Origin: Trichoplax adhaerens | Taxonomy: Eukaryota > Animalia > Placozoa | Reading direction: 5' to 3' | Assembly: GCF_000150275.1 (NCBI RefSeq) | Contig: NW_002060961.1 | Coordinates: forward strand, 787,128-851,127 | Length of the DNA stretch: 64,000 nt | Shown: in pieces, positions 27,840 through 40,624 of the stretch | Layout: each line of letters opens with the position of its first letter | Numbering within the stretch: the first letter of the stretch is position 1 | The notes under the pieces: generated by a model | What the model was told of the DNA's origin: nothing | The model's input: only the letters and a program-made list of their open reading frames with translations | Database searches by the model: none | Position numbers and translations under genes: made by a program

Positions 27840-30641
27840 TTATATTTGCAGAAGTAGTTCAATCGGGCAGTGATCGCTGCCTTCAATTTCTGAACGGATG
27901 ATGCTATCTGCTACATTTGGTATTAAATTTTTGGAAGTAACAAAATAATCCAGTCTCCTATACGTACAAAATATTCAAACGGATAACAAGTTCAATATTA
28001 CAAATACCGATCGTTTTTCGGCATAGAAGTTACGGCAAAATAGTTCAAATTTCTTACCATCCAATATTTTTAGATCTCGCATTGGACATATAGCTCCAAA
28101 AGGAATAAGCACTAGTTTTGTTTGGGTAAAAGTGACGAAAAGTATCAATAAATCCGCAATCCAATAATTTCCCAAATCCTTCCCTTTCTTCTTTAGTGAA
28201 TCCGGCAGTTTTTGTATTTGTTTTCGGATTAGCCAGATCTAAAATCAATTTACAATTCGCTTCAGTTATCTAGTAATAGTAGAAATGAACATCAGGCATT
28301 GAAGAGTAGCTATGACAAGGACATGACATAACAGTACTATACCAATTTCCAAGTGAGATACATTTAAATCCCCGCAAAGTATGATAGGCTTAACTTCTAT
28401 CAAGTCCTTGCAAGTATTTACGAAAATCAGCATCCCACTCTTGTCTATAATCCAGTCTAATAGAAATGATTATTATAATAAATTTTTACGGAACGTCGTA
28501 AATAGTATCATAATTACGTAAGCTGCCGATGCTTATTACCTGACTAACTTTCTACCTGAGTTTGGAATATCTATTACAAGCAACGAAGACACGCATACCG
28601 TTATAACAAATTGAACCACAATTTTCTAGCCATGACAATTGGTCTAATAGTTGGCAAACATTATGCAATAATCTGCCACTTACAAGCTCCAACGAGGAAA
28701 AATTTATCATATTCTGCCGTAATGACACGCCCTTCTTTATCGTGCTTTTCAATATCTGTACGAAATTTTATATGCAATATAATATTTGCTATGATTTAAT
28801 TAAAAATTATAATAAATAAAAGATGTACCGACGGAATAATAAGAATTTTCAATCATTTTCTGTCTACTGAAGGCGTTCTATTCGCACAGACAATATAGCT
28901 GATATTTTGTGTATGCGATAGTCAAAACTTACTGATTCCGAAAGTAACCTTTAGGGGCTTCACCTTTGATAGCAACCTGAATGAATATCAGGAGTCGTTT
29001 AATAAAAAGTTTATTCATACTACCAACTTATCTAGGTCTACGATATATTAGAAATCTAAACTATTGCACAGAACAGCAGCTACTAGTGTCATCAATAAAA
29101 TTGAGTTTGATCGTAATGATGGGTTAACAGTAGCGTTTTTTAATGGCGTCGTGTGATCGATAACCGATTGGCTAAGAAATACATATATCCTTACCCTGTG
29201 CTACTGTAGCCTTTTTGCTCTGCAGAATAAAAATAGGTATGGTAGCCATCTAGTTTAATTTCATTTGGTATCTCTGATTCGGCACATTTCGTTTCTTGCA
29301 GACAGATGATATCTATGTTACTGTCAGTCAGGTAGGAATGTCCATTTTTCTATGCCAAAATAAATAGCAAACACTAGAGCCTCATGTCGTCATCAGCTAA
29401 CATTGAAAATAGCAGGCAGGGTATTCTAGCTAGGTTGAAATAGACTCAACACTACACAGTGATATTATGATAATGGTAGAAGATACCAAATGATGATAAT
29501 TTGATCCTTTCAATGTTTGCACAGTATATCTAGCTTGTAGATTGGGTACAAGTATGACTGTGCTTCGTAATTAATAATAAGATAAATAAGAATCTTGCAA
29601 TTAGGATGTGCATTTACCTTGAACCATGCTTTTATACCGTTAACATTCCAAGAAGTAATTTTTGTATTCCAGTTTGAGCTACATATTTAGAATTAAAATA
29701 AGAATATTAATGTCTAGAGATAGGTTGCTTCAAAAGCAATTTTGCTTTATCATTTACTGTATGTCATCTACAGCAATTTACTTTTGAGAAAGAACGACAA
29801 TTTTAAGAACGGATCAAACTTGGTCCGCTTGAGCTATTCCATGAAAAGTGGCAGACATAGTCCCTGCTAGAACATTATCATAATTACCTCGATTTACCAT
29901 GAGATTGATTTTCTTTCTCTACAGACGATTGGTCATGTTTTATTTCCACAGTTGGCTCCTTATCCACCTAGATGTTAAATGATCTCATTAACAACGATTG
30001 TATCTCAGCACCATGTTTGTTACAGGCTTACATCTATCAGCCCAGCAGAAAACGGGTGATTCTTTAAAAGTAAAATCATACAAGTCTACGTCGGATCATG
30101 AATAAAGATCCATTTTGACACGATCCAGTATGTTCTTATAGAGATTTGAGAAAAAATACAGTATCTACTCGTATATTTTACAGTACTATACGAATATCTC
30201 CATGAATCTTGCAGTATCTTACAGTAAGTTTTTTTATTGGATTTTCATCCTACGCGAATATATTGCGATTTTCGAATGCAATGCTAATGTTATCAATTAA
30301 TTACTTCATTAATACTATGCTGAATTACAGCAATTTCACATTTGCTGCACCGTATTTAATATACTGCATATTACCGCAGAAGACTTGCCACCTTTAGCTT
30401 TGCTGCTATCCGCCGCTTTTTTAGCTTGCTTCTTTGCTTTCCCTACTGCAGTTACACTGGCCTATTGCATACAAACAAACACGTGGGAGATGATTCGGTG
30501 AATTCTGCAATGATTCTGCAAGCATTTGTAGTTGTAGCCTTATTTGAACATAATAATTGCATCAAGCTCGTATTTGCTTGCACACTGTGCAGAGTGGAGC
30601 TGGATCAACTAGCATGAGCAGCTTACCTTTCTCTTAGGCAT
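27840..30641 (-). CDS. APEX1: DNA-(apurinic/apyrimidinic site) endonuclease APE1, ExoIII family. 318 aa if one extra base in exon 9 is removed
   Basis: 11 exons: 30641-30627 (MPKRK), 30461-30375, 29967-29888, 29678-29618 ([13 protein letters not shown]), 29349-29195 ([10 protein letters not shown]...KGYSSTG), 28976-28933, 28755-28684 ([12 protein letters not shown]), 28570-28540 (YIPNSG), 28456-28343 (LDYRQEWD.../[13 protein letters not shown]), 28238-28058 (AGFT.EER, FWSYM.NAR.KNIGW), 27957-27840 (RLDYF...GSDHCPI). Exon 9 is 114 nt where its phases require 113. Confidence 0.95.
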
Positions 30642-31949
30642 ATTTACTAAGAATTGCAGGCACGTTTGTGTTTTACCGATGGGATAGTGCGGGTTAATAG
30701 TACGATTTCTACTAATAAGGACAGATCGTCGAATTAAGGTTAGCATGCAAATGATGTTGAGTAATGCCAATGATGCAATTGCACAGTCGAGCAGGGGACC
30801 AAAAAGTAGTCGAGGTCTGAGCGACCTGTGACCTGTACGATGAGCTCTACTACCGGTACAGTACAGTAGAAGAATGCCTGGACTGGCCACTCTTTTGGAC
30901 AGACAGACACCTGGCCAACTTTGGTCATCCAACACGTCATTAGGACAGTCCTTTAGGTATGTCGACAGTCGATTCCGAAGGAACTGATTTTTTCTAAATG
31001 AAGTAATATTATATTGTATAGTATTGCCTGTTACTAAGTTCTGCTTGGAAGCAGTCGCTTTAGATCGTCCATGTTCTTCAAGTTAGCACCAATGATTTCG
31101 AAAACAGACATGGAAGATCCATACTGAGTAGATATTTTCGGCAGTATACTGTAGGGTATGAAAAGTCTGTCCATCCGAGAAGAGGGTCCAGTCCAGGTAC
31201 AGTACTGTATTTCCAGCGGTCTGTACTGTACTGTACTATAGGCAGTACTGAACTACGGATAGTCTGATTCCGTCTGTCTGTGTCCATTGTTACCACAGCC
31301 AACAAGTCATGGGCGACCAGATGATGATAGATCGGTATAGCACGGTAGTAAGCGGAAATATGAACATTCTTGCTCAAAACTGCCGCACCAATGGCATTTG
31401 AGGTGCCTAAATAATTGCCAATCGCGCTTAAAGAATGACTAAGCGATAATTAAGGAACTTCTAAAGAGGAACTTCAAAAGCAATCGCGGCAACTAGGACA
31501 ACAATCAAGTCCTGCACAGTGTACAGTACTGAGTATACAGTATAAGGTACTGTAGTCAGTGTACTGTACACTGTGCAGCGGGTCTCATAATGACAATATT
31601 TCTCGACGTTTGAAAATACAGTAGATCCAAATTCCAATCGTTTATTTTACTATACGCATTTGGGTATCTATCTATTGGAAATAGAATGCTTTTTGCGACT
31701 GTATAATTTATATTACTAAAAAGTCTGCCCATTTGCTAATATTAGCAATTCAAGTTGACCGTATTTGTACAGTACAGTATGACTCTTACGCTTTTGGACC
31801 AACATAGTACCAAGTACTGTGTTTTGTAGTACCAAGTACTGTATATTACAGTACTGCATACTCTACGGTACTGTACAGGAATACTTGTACGACAAGCTGG
31901 CATCGACAGTTTGGTACTTGTGGGCCCAACTAGGCCCAACTGCTTCAAC
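30642..31949. promoter_or_regulatory. Putative divergent promoter region between APEX1 and GET1
   Basis: Head-to-head ATGs 1.3 kb apart, locally higher GC, dense CAGTACTG/CTGTACAG motifs. Confidence 0.6.
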
Positions 31950-34900
31950 ATGGCTTCCATCCACCTATCTTCCAGCGCTCTCAATCTCATCTCCATATTT
32001 CTTTATATCTTTTTTGTACGCTTTGCTTATCTTGTCATTCATAAACTCTTATTAACGGTGAGTTTTATTCTTTGCTCTTTTCCATATCATGCATTTCTAT
32101 CCTAGTGCATTTCTTAGTCCAAAGTCTTAAACGAGCTAGCCAGGTTGTCAATGTTGAATCAATCAATTGATGGTGAAGGAAACATTGTTGTAGACAATCC
32201 AACGCTGTAGTAATCAATCATAGCAGTAGAACACCTGTACTGTTAGCTCAATTTTCTTTCTATCCTTTAATTCAAGATAGTATGATAAAATATTGCATGG
32301 TAAAGTAATAACTCAATTCTATACGACCGAGTGGTATACGGTATTGTCTGCGTTCACTCTCATCCTATGGCACCGACATTAACTTACGAGTAGGAATGGA
32401 AATAAATGTCATGAAATAGTGCTTTACAATGGTCATTTTGCCTTTAGACACTTTGTAAGAAACATCAAGAAGAAGAATTAAATCAACAAATCCAAGTTTT
32501 ACGCCAAGAAATGCGAAATATTAGTATGGTGGTAAGTATCCAACTTCATTAATCGTACCCATGACAGAAATTTAAAAGAAAAAAAAAACCTCCCATTAGA
32601 TATCTCCAAAGTGGAATTACACTTTATAGTTTTCAAACCAAAGAAAGATCAATAGTCTTATTGAGCATGATATCCTTCGTTAGTGGAACAGTGTGTATTC
32701 TCCTTGCTCTACTTGTGTTAGTTGTTTAGCTCTAGTTGTAGCAAGGATGGCATGGGACGCGATGAAACATCGCCTTACGTATTAATTGAAAATTTCCTTG
32801 TGAAGGCTTTGTGTATTTTATTAACAATTCAACACTGTACCATGAGAAACAGTCAAAAATTGGGTCACTTAACTAGTGAAATACGTTCATGATGAATCAA
32901 TTCATCATTTTCGTATCTGAGACATGCATTACTTGCAGGCCATAATGACTCGTCAATTTGCTACTTTATTCAATAATTGCTTTAAATAATACTTTGTGAT
33001 TTATTTCATGGATTACAGGACAACTTTGCTCCTTACTCAAAGTTAAATAGAAAAGTGGCTAAATTGTCATCCGATTACGAAAATCTAAGTAAGTGACGTA
33101 TTTAATGCAAATAAAATTCAACTCAGAGGATAGAGCTCAGCGACTGGACAAAAATTTCTACTGTTAAGATTGTTGCATAGCTTGGGTCAAACTTTGCCAA
33201 AGCGAAATGATGATTAGTTTTAATTACACATTGATCAAGTGATTCAATATCTATCGAAAAGCCTTTGTTGTAAGTTTTTGCTGTTATTGTCCATTTAGTT
33301 GACTGAAATGTGTCACCATTGAATTCATAACTTAATCACAGTTTTCAATTGACATTTTACCGCACGAGAGAATGATGATTAAAACTAGATAGATGCAGTT
33401 ATTATTCCATAGAAATAATCCGATCAATGATGAGAAATTTCATCGGAGAATGGAAAGTATCCTAGCAAGATAGTTATATCTTTAAATTCAAAAGAGAGCC
33501 TACTTGCATTGAATGTACAGTAATTGGTGTTTTATCTAGATAAATTAATCATAACTGAAATAGAAAGGACTTCCAATTTGCAATACTGTATTGGGTAGCC
33601 TGTTTAAACTAGATGTTGACCCAAATGTAGGAAATTGTATTAGATTGAAGCAGCTGAAAACATACCCTAAGGCCTAGTAAATACTGTCAATGGACGCTCC
33701 ATTGTGGGTGGGTTTAACTTTACAAATATATAGCAAAAAAAATTTGGCATTCGTGGTACTGTATATTGGTAGAATTGTTATTAGAGTAAATCAAAATTGC
33801 TTCACTTAGCCTACTGATTAGAGTGCTGATGATTAAGTCATCATCGAGACGTGTCTTAGTCAAGGCATTGTAAAAAATTGTTATATGAATTGAGGATCTA
33901 ACCTGACAACAGATTTGCCACAACATAATATCTATTGCAAATAGACTGTGATAGCAATTGAATAGTGTTTGAAAAATATTTGCAGTATTTCATTCTCTTC
34001 GGCGCAGTGTCAATAATGACTCTAACAACAATTGACCACAATTTTATTTCAATGAGTTCTTCCCATACAATACGATAGAATGCAGATTTACCATATAGTA
34101 GCCAATCTGTATCAAATGTTATTACGATTATACTGTACTTACTTAATTATACAGTACAGTATATTGCAATGACCAACAATCCGCAATTGCAAATGTATTT
34201 CTTAACAATATTTACATATGAAGAAAGTGCGTCATCGGTACACTCTTTTACCACGTGATGTCAATTTGTTGGCCACGCAAGATCATACTTCTATGAGTAT
34301 TCATTTAAATTTTATAATTACAAAATTGAATAAAATTGAAACGTTTTCCTAAATAAAATTATCATCCAATTGATGATGTGATATCTCGTCTATACGCTTC
34401 CTGATGCCATGTTGTATTTGCTCTACATGAAAGTCCTAGTTTTAAATTATTAAAAGATATTTTACCTTTTTTAGGTACTAAAAGAAAGAAGATGGAATTT
34501 AAAATTAATGCGGCATGTTTCCTTGTTTATGCTGTTATCACTGTAAGTGTTACATTGGCACTATACTATACTCTTAACTATAAATATTATTATTTAAATG
34601 CACTTTGTATAGGTACTTTATGCGACTGGTTTACTTGTTAATGAGTTTTACATGATGGTGGAGTTAGTAATACTGTGTTTATTGATCAAATGCATTAGAA
34701 AACAGCTACACACTATTAATTGATATGAAATTGATGTTAGATTGGCGTTCATGCTCGCCTAACATTTATTTGGTACAAGCATCCCTTGTTGCTTATGCCT
34801 GGCGATTGGATGGTGCCTATAAATATATTAATATCTGTTCCAACTGGTAAAGCAGGTACATAGGCAAAAAATGATACTATGAATGTGAACAGTTTTATAG

Positions 34901-35108
34901 TTTCAAAAATCAAATATAGAACTCTGAGTGTATTCGATATTTTAAAGATCAATTGGATGTTGATAGCTGTTAAGAAAAAATGATACTAAAGATAATAACT
35001 TGAATTTGTTTTAATATATTCAATCTTGCAGGAGCTATTGGAATTTGTTCATGGTTAGCAATCTGTCAATCAGTTGTCTATCATTTTCCATTCAAATTAA
35101 TTTTGTAA
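31950..35108 (+). CDS. GET1: Guided entry of tail-anchored proteins factor 1 (WRB/CHD5 family), 173 aa
   Basis: Exons 31950-32057, 32448-32531, 33019-33088, 34475-34542, 34741-34855, 35032-35108 (522 nt). N-terminal TM, coiled coil LRQEMRNISMVDNFAPYSKLNRK (human STVNMMDEFARYARLERK), P..W..P...L.S.PTG.AGAIGI.SW..IC C-terminus. Confidence 0.92.
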
Positions 35109-37496
35109 TGGCGAAATGAAGAACATAGTTAAGCAAAGATTTATGACTGTACACGTGATAATTTATCATTTCGAATACACCAAAATTTTAAAGGACTCAT
35201 AATTGTGTAATTAATAAAATTAAGTTATAAATTTTCTAATTACTTTTATCGACAGTATATACCCACTATGTTACCTAGATAGTAAACTTGTTGTTATCTT
35301 ATTTATGCGTCAAAAATATTGAAATGTAACTGTTATGATAAGCATACCTAATGTATTAAAGTATCATAGTGTAAAGGTCTATAGCCGTAAACATTTTTGA
35401 AAATAACATAAAATAGAAATTTGGATGCCGATAAATAATTTTATAGTAAGTAGAAAATAAACTTAGATGCTTACTATAAAATTATATCATTAGTAGCATC
35501 AAATATTGCAAAATTTTGATTGAACTCGGATTAGCAAATAATGAAATGTTAGTTTCTATATCTATGCCTTGAAATTATTTATAATAGTTTCTCGTCATAT
35601 AATTCAACTATCGAAGGAATATATATTAATTTAAATATGAATCGCACTGTAAAAGTTTTATAGTAAAACTGTATGTATTCACCTTTACGTAAACAACTGT
35701 ATCGAAAATGATCTGAAGAAAAGATTAAAGATTTTTATTTACTGTAATATCAAATGCTCTTATAAAAGATAAGAAAATCTAGATAATAAATCGTCCCTTT
35801 ATTTCACTGATCATACGTCTTTAATGTTTAAAACTGCAGTATCTTAGATTATTAGCGCTAATAATGCTTCGATTCAATTCTCAACACTTCGCAGAATTAT
35901 TATTACAGAAACAGAAAAATTTAGATATATTTTTGTAATATGATTTGTGCTATGCCCTGCTTTGGATATGAACATGATCCCAATGATAGATTGATTTTTA
36001 ACATTAGAGTGATAATAGATTAGCGTTCAATGTTGTAGTAATAAAAATGAGACGTTGTATGACATAAAAAATCAAATATCATGAATACACTTGTTAATAT
36101 ACGATGTGAACGAGAATTAGACCGATGCAAGCATTGATGGTTATTATATGGTGCTTCAATACTATCAGATGCTTTGAAGCTAATAAATATTACAATAAAC
36201 AGATCATAAGTGTAAAATGCTTCTATCATCCATGCCTCAAATTTACACCCTTAAAATTGAGCTTTGAAATTGTTTTGCAAATAATGTGATTATACTTCTA
36301 GAGCGGATTTGAGACATGGCTTACAATTCCTTTCTTTCATATACACAGATCATAAGTAGTCCTTTCGTATCCTGTCTAGCTTTGTTGCCTCCATTAAATT
36401 TTTTAAACGATGCATGAAAATATAAGTAAAATTATAAGCTACATACCTACAGTTGTTACAAAATGAAGTAATAATTGCTATTCATTATATAAATATTTAT
36501 GGTATAGGACAAGTGTTACTCGTATTTCTACGATCCATGCTTGTAATTAATTTCCGTTTTATATGTAAGGACTTACGTAGAATTTATTATAGCTTAATAA
36601 GAGTGTTGCCAATAACTAAGAATGAATTGTCTAAATTACTACTTGAAAATAAACGGCAGAAAGCCGTTAGAAAATAAAGCAATAGACTCGCGGTGTTTAT
36701 TCAGAGATGGTGTATGCTTCAAAATTATTCCTAAATTAAGGTCTATGAATATCAGTAGTAGTACAAGCTATTACGTAAACTATCATGTGATTGTATGTAA
36801 GATATTGGTACCCATATGCATTGACAGAATTGGTAAAATAAATCAATAGGAAACGAGATTAATACAATTCATGCGCTTCTTTCTTAGGCTACATATTCTC
36901 GTCAATGGTAGACACAGATGGTGCTAAACATATGAATGTTTGTATATATCGAATCTATGCCAGAGGATACGTTTATACTGCTGATATATGCATTTTTTTT
37001 ACTGATGGATTGTCAAATTAATTATTACAAGCCAATCTTAGGAAATAGAAGTGACCGAATGAAAAAGTAGAGGTGAGAAACTACGATTGTTAGGTATAGG
37101 CGTAACCAGTCATGGTCTATAGGTGTTACATGATAGTCATATAAAAGCATAATTATTATTGATATTAGCTGAATTCGCACATCATGTCCTTCGAATAAGA
37201 GTTCTGATTATATCGATTAATGCTATACTCAGTCTGTCAGTAGAATATTCCAACTCATTATCTTTTTGCTTGAAACTTTTAATATAGTATTTCCCGTATA
37301 CTTCAGTCTACCGCAGTGTTATATTTCTATAGAAATAAGTTAACAACTGTGATGGACTTCATCAGTCTTTAACTCAGTGAAAATTTGTCAACACAAACAT
37401 TTTATGTATTGCATAACTGTACATAATTAACAGTCACTAATAGTTGATTTATTCTATTTTTTTTACATATATTTCAAAGTAATAGATATGATTCCC

Positions 37497-38315
37497 AAAA
37501 TAAAAATCAATCTACGGCAAAATAATGAGGAAAAATTTCGGCTGTTATATGTGATCCCCTGTAGTCATATCAAGAGTACGGATAGCACGGTAAAGCTTAG
37601 CGACTCTAAAGCCTAATTACGATTAATATTCAAATAGATATATACATATAGTATACTGTATGTTTTGCTGATAAGTTGAGTTTGACCTAACATTGTATCT
37701 AATGGATGAGAATATATAGTAACGCCAATATATTTTTTTATAGGCATCTTATTTCAAATTAACTCAATTATCGTAAACCAAATTACGGAAGAACAGTGAT
37801 AAACTGCTGTTAGCAAATGCAACAAAGGGCTCTGTATTTCTATTATGTTGTAACAATGGCTTGATAATAGGAGTAAATCTTATCAATAATAAAAATTTAA
37901 TTTCTAAATCAAAATAAATTTATGGCAAAATGATAAAGAAAAACTTCGGCTGTTAGATGCAATACGTGATCACTCATAGTCATATCGAGAATAAGGATAG
38001 CAAGTAAAGCTTGACACCATTAAAGCATAATTTAATGTTAATTAATATTCATACATAGGTATATATATAATGTATATATATATATATGGCATATGTATTA
38101 CAGTTAAGTCAAATTTAACTTAACATTTTATTTAGTAGATGAGGATGTATAGATGAGCCAATATACTTTTTGTAGATATCTTATTTCAATTTACCTTTAT
38201 TACCGTAAACTAGACCTCAGAAAAACAGTGATAAACTACTGTTAGTAGACATTTAAGGATTTTGTATTTGTGGCGATGACTTGATAATGGAAGTAAATCT
38301 TATTAACAGTAAAAA
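37497..38315. repeat. Diverged two-copy tandem duplication, about 410-bp unit
   Basis: Collinear blocks (ttcggctgtta, tagtcatatc, ggatagca, tcttatttcaa, cagtgataaact, cttgataat, gtaaatcttat) in about 37497-37900 and 37911-38315. Confidence 0.8.
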
Positions 38316-39504
38316 CTTCAGTATTATGGAGATTAATATAAGAATATGCATATGTAGCTTTAATGGATATAATTTTTCTTATAGATCATCTCTATCGAAT
38401 TTACTCAATGACTATAAGCTACATCCTTGAAAAGTTGTTCTAAATGAAATTGATAGATAAATTATTGTCATTAAACTGCGATTATTAGATGTTATACGAG
38501 ATCGCCTAAGGCTAATTAATTATTCGAACAGTCATTGTATAGTTTATAAATTAAAATTCTTTATCCTCTACAAGATAATTTCGCACGAAATGATGCGACT
38601 ATACACATACAGCAATATTGCTTATTTGTACCACGAATATTATATAACGTATCTTACTTCAAAATAATTCGATTATCGTAAGCTATGTCTTAAAGAAATT
38701 AATGCCAATCTATCGAAAAATGACAAGAAAAGTATAGATATCAAACGCAACAAGTGATACGACCATGACAACAGGAAGTAATGACAGCATGAATACTTTA
38801 CAAACAATCATGTACAATTTCCATCATCGTAGCAATAATGATATCTAAAGTGAACAATAAGTTCTCAAACAATAGCGAAACAATAGGATATAATTTACAT
38901 TCACTAAGAAAACAAATTATCTATAAGTGTTCAGCAGGTGATGATTGAAAAGAAGTGATTGGAGAAGTATCGTAGATATAGATACACATAGAAGTTAGAC
39001 GTATTAGCATATTTCATCCGAAATAGCTTTAATATAAAATAGCGAACTAATTAGAGCAGTTACTATTTTTAATTATCACGAATATGTTAATAAGCGCCAT
39101 AGCGATAGATGGTAAAGAAACAAGTTAATCTTGAAAGTTGCCTAGGTGAGAAGAGTAAGTAAATTAAACTTCAGAGATGACTAGATCTTATAAAGTAGTT
39201 ACCATTGATTTCACTTCTAGATTTTAGCAGATTGAAGCTAGAAGAAAGATTTAAATCTTTATTTTCTAAAGTTAGGAAAGAGTAATTGATTGGTTAACAT
39301 TGTATTTATTTTAAATCTTTAGAGATCAAATAGTGGATTAAGTGGACCTTGAGGAATACTTTGGCTAAACTTTTATCGATAGTAATCTGTATCCAAGAGA
39401 AACGATATCGATAAGTCATCAACTGTTATCTTAAATACTGGAAAAGTGAATTAGAATCGAGATATTACTTTTGTGAAACGTTTTATAACTACTTCACATC
39501 ATCA

Positions 39505-40624
39505 ATGGGTAGTCGTCCTAGTAAATCAAGCGTGCCTGAAGCAGTTAAATCTCTCCGCCAGAAAGGCCATAATTATTTTAATGCTAGAAATTACAATCAA
39601 GCACGAAAATGTTACGAACAAGCGTTAGATAAAATTGAGGCAATCACATATGCTAGTATCGAGCAAGATCAGTTTCGATGTGATGTCTATGTTGATATTT
39701 GTGATACATATCGAGGACAAGGTAAAAACTCAAAAGCGGATAAATTTAATCAGATAGCCAGAAAAATTGCACTTGAACTCGATGACGGCATTCGAATTGC
39801 TAAATGCTTAGATAGACAAGGCGCTATCAAAAGTTTGAAAAATGATTTTACTGGCGCATTGGAGTATTTGAAAGGCTCGCTGGAATTAAAATTGAAAATA
39901 TTAGGCGATCATAATTTAGATGTTGCTGCCTCCTATTATAACTTAGGCAATATTTATCAAAGGCAAAAGATTTATGATAAAGCTGTCTCCATGCACCAGA
40001 AAGCCTTAGATATTCGTTTGACTCTAAGAGGACGTAATCATACTGATGTTGCTAATTCATACGATCTTATAGGAAATGCTTACCGCCGTCAAAATAAACA
40101 CATCGATGCTTTGTTAATGTATCAGAATGCTCTAACTATAAGACAGGAATTACTTGGAGAGTATCATGCTGATGTCGCCGATTCATACAACAATATGGGA
40201 AACGCCTATAAGAATCAATCTATGTACGATAATGCCCTGTCTACTTATCAGAAAGCTTTGGAAATTTATATGAAAATAAGTGGAGAAAACATACCAGAAG
40301 TGGCTTTATTATATCGTAACATGGCCAATGTCTACGAGAAACAGGATAATACTAATGATGCTGCAGCAATGCACAAAAAATTGACTGCTGTAAAGGAGAA
40401 ATTAAAATCTGAAGCAGAGAATAGAAAGAATGTTCGAAACTCGAAAAAACAAGAAGGTATATTCACTATTGACTTCTATTTACTCTTAACTTATTGACTG
40501 CTGAGTTGTTTTTCTATCAATGCGGCATTCTACTTGGTTGATCATAACAAAACTGATTTATTTGGAAATAGGATTAATTGAAGAGGAGACGGAAGTTATG
40601 ACTGACGATGAAACTTTCGACTGA
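39505..40624 (+). CDS. Tetratricopeptide-repeat protein (42-aa kinesin light chain/NPHP3-type TPRs) with N-myristoylation motif
   Basis: Exon 39505-40456 carries repeated H.DVA.SY.N.GN.Y..Q..Y..AL..YQKAL.I units. Phase-1 donor G|gtatat joins exon 40572-40624 (GLIEEETEVMTDDETFD*). The 3' end of the model is less certain. Confidence 0.85.

Noticed and set aside
31078-31410. SNAIGAAVLSKNVHISAYY...HDLLAVV resembles Ty3/gypsy RNase H
   Set aside because: The catalytic DAS motif is absent, the spacing is off and no RT or integrase remnants lie nearby
33413-33465. Possible extra GET1 exon
   Set aside because: It has an in-frame stop, and the 6-exon model already gives a full-length WRB-sized protein
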